From: Mustelus asterias
Lineage: Eukaryota
Direction: 5' to 3'
Length of the DNA stretch: 64,000 nucleotides
Assembly: GCF_964213995.1 (NCBI RefSeq)
Contig: NW_027590242.1
Location: forward strand, 62,001-126,000
The notes under the pieces were generated by a model that saw only the letters and a program-made list of their open reading frames with translations, did not search any database and was not told the DNA's origin. Below are positions 50,323 to 61,759 of the stretch, piece after piece (position 1 is the stretch's first letter; the number at the start of each line of letters is the position of its first letter). The position numbers and the translations under genes are program-made.

Positions 50323-50856
50323 ATGGAGAAACCATGGAAATGTGAGGACTGTGGGAAGGGATTCAATTATCCTTCCCATCTCGAAACTCATCGTCGCAGT
50401 CACACAGGAGAGAGACCGTTCATCTGCTGTGTGTGTGGAAAAGGTTTTGTTCAGTCACAACACCTGCAGTCACACCAACGCTCTCATTCCAATAAGAGAC
50501 ATTTAAAATGTTCCAACTGTGAGAAGGGCTTTAAGAGCAAAAAGCACTTGAAACAACACCAACACATTCACACTGGAAAGAGGCCGTTCATCTGTTCTGT
50601 GTGTGGGAAGGGATTCACTCAGTCAGCCACCCTGATGAGACACCAGCAGACTCACACAGGAAAAAGGCCGTTCACCTGCTCAGTGTGTGGGAAAGGATTC
50701 ATTCAGTCATCCACCCTGCGGAGGCATCTGCGAGTTCACACTGGGGAGAGGCCGTTCCCTTGCTCCAAGTGTGGGAAGGAATTCACTCGGTTAGACACTC
50801 TCAGTTTGCATCAACATGTTCACACTGAAAAATTACTTTTTAAACATTACGAATGA
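50323..50856 (+). CDS. Tandem C2H2 zinc-finger protein, 6 fingers, followed by decayed fingers to ~50975
   Basis: MEKPWKCEDCGKGF...; splice acceptor ttttacag at ~49992. Confidence 0.8.
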   Translation: MEKPWKCEDCGKGFNYPSHLETHRRSHTGERPFICCVCGKGFVQSQHLQSHQRSHSNKRHLKCSNCEKGFKSKKHLKQHQHIHTGKRPFICSVCGKGFTQSATLMRHQQTHTGKRPFTCSVCGKGFIQSSTLRRHLRVHTGERPFPCSKCGKEFTRLDTLSLHQHVHTEKLLFKHYE

Positions 50857-51455
50857 GAGAAGAGTGAGTTGCAGACACACCAATGCATTTGTGTTGAAGA
50901 GTGGATGCTCACCTGCTCTGTCTGTGGGAAGGGACTTATTCAGTCACAACACCTATTGAGACATCAGTAAGTTTTTGTGCAAGGGTGGGATTCTGTCAAT
51001 CACTTCCATTGTGTGTTTCTGCTCATGTTAAACTCCAACCCTGTTATAGGAGTTATTGATATTCTAGATAAATGTCACTAAGTCAGTTTTTATGGAAATG
51101 CGCAGTGCTGTGTTAATATTTCTCCAATGGAAGAGGAGACTAATTGATGTCCTGCTACCAGCTTCATTTTGGGGCCTTTTATCATTTCGAACTCTAGATT
51201 ATTTCAGTTCTCACGCCTTCGGTTATTCTCATGGACAATTCTCAGCTCCCCATATTTTCCAGAGTGTCTCTCCTGGCGCTGGGATCCAGGGAAGTTATCG
51301 GTCACAGTCCTGTGATCAATAAAGCTAAAACCAAATCTGCTTGTTGTTTCTGACTCTTGGACTTCACCCCTGTCCCAAAACATCTCTCTCTTCTTTGATG
51401 TGTGAATGGAACATGATGCCTGCAAACCTGGTTTAAATTGAAATCGTCTCAGCAA

Positions 51456-52050
51456 ATTTAACAGGAGCCTGCAGGCTGATGAGACTGTGTAACACTGTCA
51501 GTGTGTTCCTCTGCTGCTCTGTATTTAACAGGAACCTGCAGGCTGATGAGACAGTGTTACACTGTCAGTGTGTTCCTGTACTGCTCTGTATTTAACAGGA
51601 GCCTGCAGGCTGATGAGACAGTGTTACACTGTCAGTGTGTTCCTGTACTGCTCTGTATTTAACAGGAGCCTGCAGGCTGATGAGACAGTGTTACACTGTC
51701 AGTGTGTTCCTGTACTGCTCTGTATTTAACAGGAGCCTGCAGGCTGATGAGACAGTGTTACACTGTCAGTGTGTTCCTGTACTGCTCTGTATTTAACAGG
51801 AGCCTGCAGGCTGATGAGACAGTGTTACACTGTCAGTGTGTTCCTGTACTGCTCTGTATTTAACAGGAGCCTGCAGGCTGATGAGACAGTGTTACACTGT
51901 CAGCATGTTCCTCTGCTGCTCTGTATTTAACAGGAGCCTGCAGGCTGATGAGACAGTGTTACACTGTCAGCGTGTTCCTCTGCTGCTCTGTATTTAACAG
52001 GAGCCTGCAGGCTGATTAGACTCTTCTCCAGTCAGTGTGCTCCTGTACAG
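51456..52050. repeat. 67-bp minisatellite, 8 full copies and 1 diverged copy
   Basis: Unit atttaacaggagcctgcaggctgatgagacagtgttacactgtcagtgtgttcctgtactgctctgt starts at 51456, 51523, 51590 ... 51992. Confidence 0.95.
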
Positions 52051-52684
52051 TGGAGCCTTTGCTGTTATGAAATGTGGGTGAAAAGTAATGAGCCTCATAT
52101 CCTTGCTCATGTTGCTGTGATTGTGCAGAAAGGGGATGTGTAAAGAGCTGGTCTTTGTGTGGAGATTTGAACCAAGGAAATGGTATCTGTTTGTGACAGT
52201 GACACAACCTGTGCTCACACTCAGAACAATGCACAGATATCATTCTGGTTACAGTTTGAACAGGGTCAGATCACAACTGTCGTGAACAATTTAAACATGA
52301 ATATCTCTAGTGTAGCTGCAGCTTGTTAGATCAGAGCTGAGGAGGAGAGAGTTCTGAATCCACTGTATTATCTCTGTTCTGCAGACTGGGTAACTTTTTA
52401 AATCGAATGATATTTCATTCAAGAAACAGGCTCACAGCCACAAGGCTGAATTGCTGTGTAACTTATATCAAAAAATCATAAAATTCAGGTACAGACCAAA
52501 TAATCATGTTAAACACATGGAAACCTGTGACAATCCAGTAATAATAACAATTAACAAATTCACCAGGTAATAGGGAAGTGGTAGACAGGATATTAAAGAA
52601 GGAATATTGAATTAGATTATGTTAAAATTACAGACCAATACACCATTACAGGCTCGGGGATGCAGATAAATTTCATATAAAAGG

Positions 52685-53070
52685 CAGGCAGTGGCAGAGT
52701 GATATTGTCGCTGGACTAGTAATCAAGAGTCCCAGGTAATACTTCAGGGACCAGGGTTCGAATCCCATCACGGCAGGTGGTGAAATCTGAATTCAATAAA
52801 AATCTGGAGTTAAAAGTCTCATGACCATGAAACTGTTGTCGATTGTTGTAAAAAAAACCCCATCTGGTTCACGAATGTGTTTAGGGAAGGAAATCTGCCG
52901 TCCTTACCTGGTCTGGCACATCTTTGACTCCAGATTCACAGCAATGTGGTTGACTCTTAAATGCCCTCTGCAATGGCCTAGCAAACTCCTCAGTCCAAGG
53001 GTAATTAGGGTGGGTACTAAATGCTGGCCAAGCCAGTGACATCCACATCACATGAATGAATAAAAAATAA
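52685..53070 (+). mobile_element. SacSINE1/DeuSINE-like SINE
   Basis: Same head, core and tail as the 21721 copy. Confidence 0.75.
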
Positions 53071-53766
53071 GTATTTCACTGAGTACTGGAACCATGTGAG
53101 GAATTACTCTGTCTGTATTATTGCAGTGCTGTTAATAAAGTCAGTAAAAGACAATCTGTTGTTGGGGATTTGATTATCTGGTGTCTGAAACTACAAGGTT
53201 CAATATTTAGAGTCAATAAGATGAACAAAGAAACACATCAGAGCCCAATACTCCAGCTGGATATTCACAGGAGAAAGTCTGGTATCTAATACCTTGAGTG
53301 GAGCGAACAGAGAAAGATCCCAACGGTAAAGAACCTGCAAATTATTTAGAAATAGGTTTCTAATGTTGACAGATTTCAACAGTCAGTTTCTATCACAGTG
53401 AAGTCAATGGAAGGTGAGAGATGGTTAAAGGTTCCAGATAGAAATGTAACTTGATGTTATCATTACCTTACATTGTAGATCCAGGAATGTCACACAAACA
53501 TTTTCAATCTTCGTACTATTTTCAGACTGTAAAGTTAAACCTGCCGTTTTACTTTCAGTCAGGAACAGATCCCAGTTTTACACCAATCTCTGATTTGACA
53601 GCATGTTTCCAGCATTCTTCCTGACTCTAAACATAGTTGTAAAGGAGCTTCTGTTCCATATCTAGGAGCTCTAAACCATGGAAGAGAGTGGCTTCCTCAC
53701 ACACATCAGGATTAACCCACACATTCAGTCTTCAATATGATTAAAAGCAGAATCTAATTCTTGCAG

Positions 53767-54770
53767 TCATTTGTGAACTCGCTGGTGTGTCACAAGGTGT
53801 GATGACTGAGTGAATCCCTTCCCACACTCAGAGCAGGTGAATGGCCTCTCCCCAGTGTGAACTCGCTGGTGTTTCAGGAGTTGGGAAGACTGAGAGAATC
53901 TTTTCCCACAAACAGAGCAGGTGAATAGCCTCTCCTTAGTATGAACTCGTTGGTGCACCAGACTGTCTGATCACTGAATGAATCCCTTAGCACACGTGGA
54001 GCAGGTGAATGGCCTCTCTCCAATGTGAACTCGCTGGTGCAACAGAAGCTGGTATGACTGAATGAATCCCTTCACACTCTCAGAGCAGATGAATGGTCTG
54101 TTCCCAGTGTGAACCTGCTGGTGTGTCACAAGGTGGGATGTCTGAGTGAATCCCTTCCCACACACACAGCAAATAAATGGCCTCTCCTCAGTGTGAACTC
54201 GCTGGTGTGGTTGAGTGAATCCCTTTTCACACACACAGCAAGTGAATGGCCTCACCCCAATGTGATGTCGCTGGTGAATTAGCAAGTCAAATGACTGAAC
54301 AAATCTCTTCCCACTCACACACAAGATGAACGGTTTCTCCCCAGTGTGAAGTCGCTGGTGTATTTGCAGATACTTCTTGCTTTTAAAGCTCTTCTCACAG
54401 TCAGAACATTTAAAAAGTCTCTGATCACTGTGTACATGTTGATGTTCAGTGACCTGGGATGACTGAGTGAATTTGTTGCCACACACAGGCCTGGTGAATG
54501 CGCTCTCCTCAGTGTGAACTTGCTCATGAGCCAGGAGGTCACATGAGTCAGTAAATTCCTTCCCACACATGGAGCATCTGAACAGCCTCTCCTGGGTATG
54601 AACTGGCTGGTGTGTCGACAGACTGGATAACTGAGTAAATCCATCTCCACACATGGAGAAGGTGAAAGGTCCCTCCCCAGTGTGACTGCATTGATCAGGT
54701 CCCAGTTCAAAAGGGAAAATTAATCCCATCCCACAGTCACCATATGTCCACGCTTTCTCCGCGATTCAAT
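53767..54770 (-). pseudogene. C2H2 zinc-finger pseudogene (~11 fingers, internal TGA at 53971, degenerate start region)
   Basis: ORFs 53971-54729 and 53767-53958 are in the same frame, separated by one stop. Several fingers lack ligand residues. Confidence 0.8.
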
Positions 54771-55373
54771 TATTCATTTGTCTCTCCAGGTTGGATGATC
54801 AGTTGGAGCCTCACACAGAACACCTGTACATTTCTCCACACTGAATGGTATGATGTTTTTTCAGGCTGTTTAATGGTTAAAGTTCTTTCCACAGTCAGTT
54901 CACTGGAACACTCTCACTCGGGTGTATGTGTGTCTCGGTGCTTTTCCAGTTACACTGATGTTTAAAATCTTTCCCCACAGACAGAACAGACAAACATTTC
55001 TCCTTCCACATTCAGAGGTTGATGATATTCAGGTCCTGATGAATCAAGTGACTGTCAGATTTTGATATGATGTTTGTTCTGACTTTCCCATCTGGAAATT
55101 CTCTCCCTCGAACTCCCTGCAAAAGGAGTTTACAGAAGTTATCAGTGTAAGTACAGGACATAAATTCAGAGCAAACAATTCTGTGCCCCACACACACTTC
55201 TCCCTCTCTGCTCATTGCTCGATTCAGTTTCTAGTCTTCTCTCTAAGTTCTCTCCCCTCCTGTCCTCAAACTGGTGACACTGGCTGTGGATCAATCCCAC
55301 TCCGTCACTCTCATTCTCACAAATAATGCAGCTCACAACAACAATTTAACGAAGGGTCATCTGGACTCGAAAC

Positions 55374-55457
55374 GTTCTAAATGTTAGCGACGCCAAGATC
55401 ACAGACACCGCCACCTATTTCTGTGCAGTGAAGATCAATATCGGTCGTACAAAAACC
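55374..55457 (+). pseudogene. TCR-alpha/delta-type V-segment 3' relic with RSS nonamer only
   Basis: VLNVSDAKITDTATYFCAVK, then 15 nt, then a perfect nonamer ACAAAAACC (55449-55457). No heptamer. Confidence 0.7.
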
Positions 55458-56508
55458 GGCAGAAGAACAGTCCTGGCATGTTTGTAGCCTGTGCTTCATC
55501 AGAGAACTGGGCATTTATATAAAGCTGTCCCTGGAAAACTTTCTCCAGTCTCCCAGTAAGTGAAATATATTCCTGATCTGCGTTCCTTATTTAACTTCAG
55601 ACGAGAAGGAACAACATACTGTTAGATGTGAGTTATTGCCTGTCCGAATCTACACCAGGCACAGTTGCTGTCCAAGGACCTTTCTGATGTCCTGGTTGTG
55701 CTGTTCGGTGATTTGCTTTCTAAAGGACCATTTTTCACTTCATTGGTTAAATTCAATCCCAGACTTTTATACATTTTGTTTTTGATATAGAACCCAGTGA
55801 CACAGACTCACTGCCTTGGGATCCTTTTCAGTTAACTGGCAGGATGAACAGCCCATAATGAGCGGCATTACTGCACGCCTGTCGGCATTCTCCACCTCGG
55901 CCGGCACACTATGTTCCAAGTTATTTACTGAGCTGATATCACTTGGGGTACAGTTATGAATTCTGATTTCCCAGACAGGCTCCCCATTGATTTCAACAAG
56001 GGCAGGGACAGCAATCCAAACGTTTGATATAAAAACCTGACTCTGTAAAGCTAGAAAGAAACTAATGTCTCAGATAAAGGCCCCAAAAACATTTGACTGA
56101 ATGCGCTGAGGTTTATGTGCTTTTCCTGACGCTGTGCCTCACAGCATAGTAATCGGCCGTTCCATCCTCCGCGCTCATGCCGCCTATACTGAGGAACCAG
56201 ACTCGTCAACAGCCATCACAAATGTTCCTGAGATTTTCCCTTTCCCAGTGCTAATTTTTTTTAGTGCTAATTACCCATCCTGGGTGCTCTGCCTATTTCT
56301 GCTGATGCAATTGCATAGTTGGTCTGATTATTCACAATCTAACTGCGCTAAACCTTCTTCTTGCACAGTTAACGGCACCAGAGACTGAGTTACTGCACAT
56401 ATTCCGCCTGTAAAAGTAGATAAATAAGAGTCCAAGGTTAAAGAGGAACGATATATCTGTATGTGTGCGTAAGTTTCCATTTTACAACCTGTCCATATAT
56501 ATATACAT

Positions 56509-56850
56509 GGGCGGCACGGTAGCACAGTGGTTAGCACTGCTGCTTCACAGCTCCAGGGACCTGGGTTCGATTCCCGGCTTGGGTCACTGTCTGTGTGGAG
56601 TTTGCACATTCTCCTCGTGTCTGCGTGGGTTTCCTCCGGGTGCTCCGGTTTCCTCCCACTGTCCAATGATGTGCGGGTTAGGTTGATTGGCCATGCTAAA
56701 ATTGCCCTTAGTGTCCTGGGATGCATAGGTTAGAGGGATTAGCGGGTAAAATATGTAGGGATATAGGGGTAGGGCCTGGGTGGGTTGGTGCAGACTCGAT
56801 GGGCCGAATGGCCTCTTTCTGTACTGTAGGGTTTCTATGATTTCTATGAT
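56509..56850 (+). mobile_element. HE1 SINE (young) inserted in an (AT)n tract
   Basis: Full-length consensus-like copy. Confidence 0.9.
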
Positions 56851-57120
56851 ATATATATTATATATATATATACCGTGAACTATATTAAATCAGATTACAA
56901 TCTATTGTCGTCAATCTGCTAAACTGTGTTAATGAACATAATTCTTCACTTACTGTCACATAGCGCCGCCAGTCTGTCTGACTGAGTATCACAGTGAATG
57001 GGAATGGGATGATTGAGACACAATGCAGGGACCAGCCCCATTGTGACCTCACTCAGGAACTCATCCCTTTTGGCTTCGGTGTTGGACCCACGTGACCTTC
57101 TAATGAGTATGCAGGGATTT

Positions 57121-57137
57121 GGTGCCCTCTGCTGGCA
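57121..57137 (-). promoter_or_regulatory. CTCF core motif
   Basis: Minus strand reads tGCCAGCAGAGGGCACC. Confidence 0.55.
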
Positions 57138-57674
57138 GATTCTGTTCACAGTAAGAAGTCTCACAACACCAGGTTAATGGGTTTATTTGGTAGCAAACAC
57201 CATAAGCTTTCGGAGCGCTGCTCCTTCGTCAGATGGAGTGGAAATGTGCTCTCAAACAGTGCACAGAGACACAAAATCAAGTTACAGAATACTGATTAGA
57301 ATGCGAATCCCTACAGCCAACCAGGTCTTAAAGATGGAGACAATGTGGGTGGAGGGACTTGTCTGCTAATTTTTTTTTACTGCTAATTACCCATCCTGGG
57401 GGCTCTGCCTATTTCTGCATCTGCATTGTCTGCATCTTTAAGACCTGGCTGGCTGTAGGGATTCACATTCTAATCGGTATTCTGTAACTTGATTTTGTGT
57501 CTCTGTGCACTGTTTGAGAGCACATTTCCACTCCATCCGACGAAGGAGCAGCGCTCCGAAAGCTTATGGTGTTTGCTACCAAATAAACCTGTTGGACTTT
57601 AACCTGGTGTTGTGAGACTTCTTACTGTGTTCACCCCAGTCCAACGCCGGCATCTCCACATCAGATTCTGTTCA
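57136..57674. mobile_element. Penelope-like element remnant: ~200-bp inverted arms with minimal hammerhead motifs and a 13-bp flanking duplication
   Basis: Arms at 57147-57345 and 57424-57629. CAGATTCTGTTCA at 57136-57148 and 57662-57674. CTGACGA-aggagc-agc-gctcc-GAAAGCTT motif in the arms. Confidence 0.75.
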
Positions 57675-58420
57675 ATCAGGTTTGGAATGGGGTCATTGAG
57701 AACATTTTGGGGCTTGTTGATTTACATACCTCACCAAATATCTTCTTCCGAGAATTCTGAATTGGAATTGGTGAGACTGAATTTTATTATTTGAAGCCAA
57801 TTGCATGTCATATGATGAGGTTGGCAGCAATGAACCAATCAATAGGGGCCCGGATATGACTCAACTTCTTCCCAACTCTTGACGAAAACAACTTCAGCTT
57901 TCAACCCTTTCTGGTCACATCCACTGCGAGCGCTCTGCAAACATGTTTCCTGTTACCCTATATTTATTCATCACAGCAGCAGCTCTTTTAACTGGTAAGT
58001 TCACAAGTTGCTCAACACTGTGTTTCGCATGTTTACCACACACTATATTCTGTCGGGCAGTTCGTTCAGTGGAAGGGGGTGAGGGGAGGTGATCAGAGGA
58101 ATGGATTGATCCCAACTTCGAATAGTCATTCGGATCTCGCTGATTTCAACACTGAACACTGTTTGATGGCAGTCGACACATTTCCCCTCAGGGAATGAGA
58201 GAGGACGAGTTAGGCCGAAATTCAAACTTCTCTGATAACAAAAAATGATTTGACAATCACTAGACTTTCAAACACACAGACACTGAGCAATTTCCCGTTC
58301 CAGTCACAGGGAATGAAGGTGAGGAACTGATCTCGTTAGAAAGTACAGAATGTTTATGTTGGAAGTTTTATTTAATCACCGCCAGCACCTTCCCGTTCCA
58401 GCCACTGAACTGTGAAAAAT

Positions 58421-58881
58421 ATGCTTCTGTTCAGCTGTCTGATTTCTCTCTGAGGTTATGTTCAGGTTGATGAGCAAGTCCTGGGGGAAACAGAGTGCAG
58501 GCGCATTGTGTAACTTAATATTCCTTTGTGTTTTTACAGGGCATTGTCGAGGAGATTCTGTTTCACAGATACCTGCAGTCGCCGTCACTGAAGGAGTCAA
58601 TGTAGGGTTGTTCTGTAATTATTCAACTACAAGTGCGAACACTCTATACTTGTTCTGGTACCGTCAGTATCCCAGCGGATCCATGGAGTTCCCGCTGCAG
58701 GCAAATAAATACAGCGGAAACACAGGGAGATCCTCAGGGGACCGTTTTTTTAGCGGAGCTCAATGATACAACCCGCACCGTCCCGCTGAAAGTGTCTAAA
58801 ACAGAGCTGGCAGACTCCGGGGTTTATTACTGCGCACTGAGTCCCACAGAGACAGAGCTGGGCTGAACCTGTACAAAAACT
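58421..58881 (+). pseudogene. TCR alpha/delta-type V gene segment pseudogene 1 (leader 58421-58465, V exon 58540-58844, RSS 58845-58881)
   Basis: GDSVSQ..LFCNYST..LFWYRQYP..RF/LAEL..LKVSKTELADSGVYYCALS. RSS is CACAGAG-21 nt-ACAAAAACT. One-nt indels in the leader and in the T7 run at ~58745. Confidence 0.88.
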
Positions 58882-59242
58882 GTCAGAGGCTCGCTCAACA
58901 TAACAGAGCGTTAGGCAAACATTGTGATCAGAGTGAGTCTGAAGTGTAAAATTGAAGCCGGATTTAAAGAAAACAACAACAAACCTATGTTTCCGGTTAT
59001 AAAATCTCTTCCCACGTGTCTAACTAGGAAACCATTCGCCCTATCAGAACACTGAGTGAACCCAGCTCGGGGTGAATCCATTCACTTGCAGCCAGTTCAC
59101 CAGCTGCCAACCCCACAGCACCACCGCGGACACAGGGAAATGCAGTGACAGCATCCCGAGACACGGCAGCAAAATATACAGGGTGAGGTTTCAAACGGGT
59201 GTCTGCAAATATCCAACTCCGTTTTATAGAGTGACAACGATA

Positions 59243-59748
59243 ATGCGGCTAATCAGCCTTTGGGTTGTTTGGGGAATATTCCTAACAGGTAATTATGCAC
59301 CAAATACATTTCATATTTCCTTTCATTTTGCAAACATGGTTTAAAACTGCATTTTAAGTATTCAGTCGGTCTGATCTGTTTCCGTTTGAACATATTTTTC
59401 AGATCTGAGTCATGGAGATTCTGTCACTCAGTCGCTGTCCTCAGATGTCAAGACGGAAGGAGAAACGTTAACTTTAAATTGTACCTATGATACTACAGTG
59501 AACAATTACGTTTATATTGGTACCGGCAACAACCAGACACACAGCCCGTGTTTATATTGAGGAAAAAATTCGATATTTGGTGAAGATATCGCAGATTTTG
59601 CTAAAAGCCGTTTCTCTGGAGAGCTTCAGACATCGAGTAAATTCACCAGTTTGACTATCTCTGGTCTGCAGCTGACTGACGCTGCCGTGTATTACTGCGC
59701 TTTCAGCCTCACAGTAATGGAAAGCAGTCTAACTGCTGTACAGAAACT
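59243..59748 (+). pseudogene. TCR alpha/delta-type V gene segment pseudogene 2 (leader 59243-59288, V exon 59403-59709, 23-RSS 59710-59748)
   Basis: Leader MRLISLWVVWGIFLT|GT..AG. V exon GDSVTQS..TLNCTYDT../LYWYRQQP../..SRFSGELQ..SLTISGLQLTDAAVYYCAFS. RSS is CACAGTA-23 nt-ACAGAAACT. Frameshifts -1 at ~59511 and +1 at ~59565. Confidence 0.9.
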
Positions 59749-60521
59749 GACTTTAACTATAGGTTGACACCGTGTCTGCTGCGGGTTGCACAGAATCGTG
59801 GGCAGATGCAGCCACAATATGACTGTCAGCAACGCAAGAGTCCTCATTAACCTGGGATCAGCCCAAGTGTTTCCAGTATCCTGTCACTTCAGTCGTTGTG
59901 CCTCTTTGAGTCTGTGAGATCTCTCAGTGGTGAGCTGGCTGATACTCAAAGGAAACACCTCGAGCGGAGCTGCTTTCAGCACCTCGATAGTGGAACGGCT
60001 GCGCTTTTCCAGACAGGGTTGCGGGAATGAAACCCTGCCCTGTTAATGAGCAGCTGCAAATTCTGGGTTGCTCAAAGTAACAAAAACATTCCAGCATTAA
60101 GGAAACATTCTGAAGTTCACTGGGGGAATTCTATTCGCAATGTTAATTTTAAAGATCACAGTCACTTCCTTGTGCAATCTCTTCATTGTTGATAGACTTT
60201 CTCTGAAGCAGCAAAACTCTCGTCGGATCAAATAAACCCAGAGAACAGGCCGCGGGAAAAAGGCTTCAAAACCTGATGGGGATTGAGCTGCTGAATATTA
60301 GACAGACACGGAAACTGGGTCAAATGACAATTACTAAACTAAAGAGATCAAATAGATTGAAGAAGATCAGCGACAGTACAACTGCGAGTGGAAAGTAACT
60401 AATACAATTCCTCAAAGCTCCTTCCCTCTTGTTGAGGTTGTGTTTTGCTCTGATATTTTAGGAAGGCGCCTGTGATTCTCTCAGTGCAGAGTGAATTATT
60501 GTTTCTGTTTATCGGTGCGAG

Positions 60522-60538
60522 AGCACCCTCTGCTGGTA
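60522..60538 (-). promoter_or_regulatory. CTCF-like core motif
   Basis: Minus strand reads ACCAGCAGAGGGTGCT. Confidence 0.45.
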
Positions 60539-61032
60539 CCTTACTGGAACCCCAGTGTGGGGTTTTGTCCGGGACCCGCTCTATCTCTGCAGCAGTGTGG
60601 GCTCAATGGCACAGAAATACACAGCACTGTCGGAGTGTCCGCAGCGTCACCGCGCAAACTGAGTCTTTTTCCATCCCACGCTGTTAATCTCGCAGTTACT
60701 GCTTTCTGAGTGAAAACTGCCTCCACTTCACTGGAGGTCGGAGAGTTACAATTAAAGGTCTTCTTGTCACTGAGTCCGAGATTTGGACCCAGACCTGCGA
60801 GGTATTTGTGTCAGTGGAAACAATAAAATTTACTCCATCAACAGCCAGATTTCAGCCCGCATCACCATCTATATCGTCAGCGCGTTGTATCCTATTTCTC
60901 TCTTTTCTTTGTTCTTGACATGTGACATTTCCAATTCAGACACAAAGGAGGAAATCTGCCTTATACTGATTCCCACAAAACTGGTACAAACCTGGAAGGA
61001 ACGCAGGATTTTTACGCAGCAATAAATCTACT

Positions 61033-61104
61033 TTCCCTGACCGGGAATCGAACCCGGGCCGCGGCGATGAGAGCGCCGAATCCTAACCACTAGACCACCA
61101 GGGA
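61033..61104 (-). tRNA. tRNA-Glu-CTC: tRNA-Glu(CTC), apparently intact
   Basis: TCCCTGGTGGTCTAGTGGTTAGGATTCGGCGCT-CTC-ATCGCCGCGGCCCGGGTTCGATTCCCGGTCAGGGAA, 72 nt, with intact A and B boxes and stems. Confidence 0.95.
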
Positions 61105-61759
61105 AGCTGGTCCAAACTCTTTAAAAGATTAATTTATCCATGAGCCTTCTGCCTTTTATTTTTATTTCAGACTTTTTATTCACCAAAAACAAGTTTCTCC
61201 TTTAAATTGTCATGTTTAGATCGAACCCAAGGGACTGTTCAGCCAATTAAAACAGCGAATCCTGTTAGCTGCAACATGAAATCGACCGTGAGGTGAAATA
61301 GTCCCGCAGCTGGTCATGTGGCACTTTCAATTTCCAAATCCCACCAAACTCATCACTGTGGCTTCTGTGAAACTTGCAAGGTAACACACGGCAGACATTC
61401 ACCACGGAATGCAACTGGCAGAACTCATTTATGAAACTTTATCCTGTCGCTTCTCTTCCTGTTTCTGTCGCTGCCTCTCATCCAGCTCCCTCTGGTTGTC
61501 CATTTCCCAGGGTCAGTTAGCTGCTTGATACAGACACAGAGAGTTGGTGAACCCGATCTTTACCTGGAAAGCAAGGAAAGCGAATGTATGACACACGGCA
61601 TTGAGAGGAGATGGAGTTTAGAGATAACAGTATAAAGGGACACAGGTATCTCATCTTCCTGATCCAGTTCCTGATTGCAGGAACGTACACAGTGCCAATT
61701 ATCGACTGTCACACTCTCCTTCCAGCCTTGAGCACGGAGTTAAGTTTTGAAGTGTTTAA

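Noticed and set aside
51490-51980. RSS-heptamer-like GACAGTG/CACTGTC in the minisatellite
   Set aside because: No nonamer at 12 or 23 nt spacing.
51456-52050. CRISPR-like array of palindromic repeats
   Set aside because: Units are contiguous with no unique spacers, there are no cas genes, and the context is eukaryotic.
58043-58225. Minus-strand ORF with 'FSVEISEIRMT' resembling a V framework 3
   Set aside because: No YYC, no WYRQ and no RSS.
58421-59748. Treating the V-segment frameshifts as sequencing errors in functional genes
   Set aside because: Multi-kb ORFs elsewhere in the window are indel-free, and V1 also has a 21-nt spacer and a non-consensus heptamer. This cannot be fully excluded without reads.
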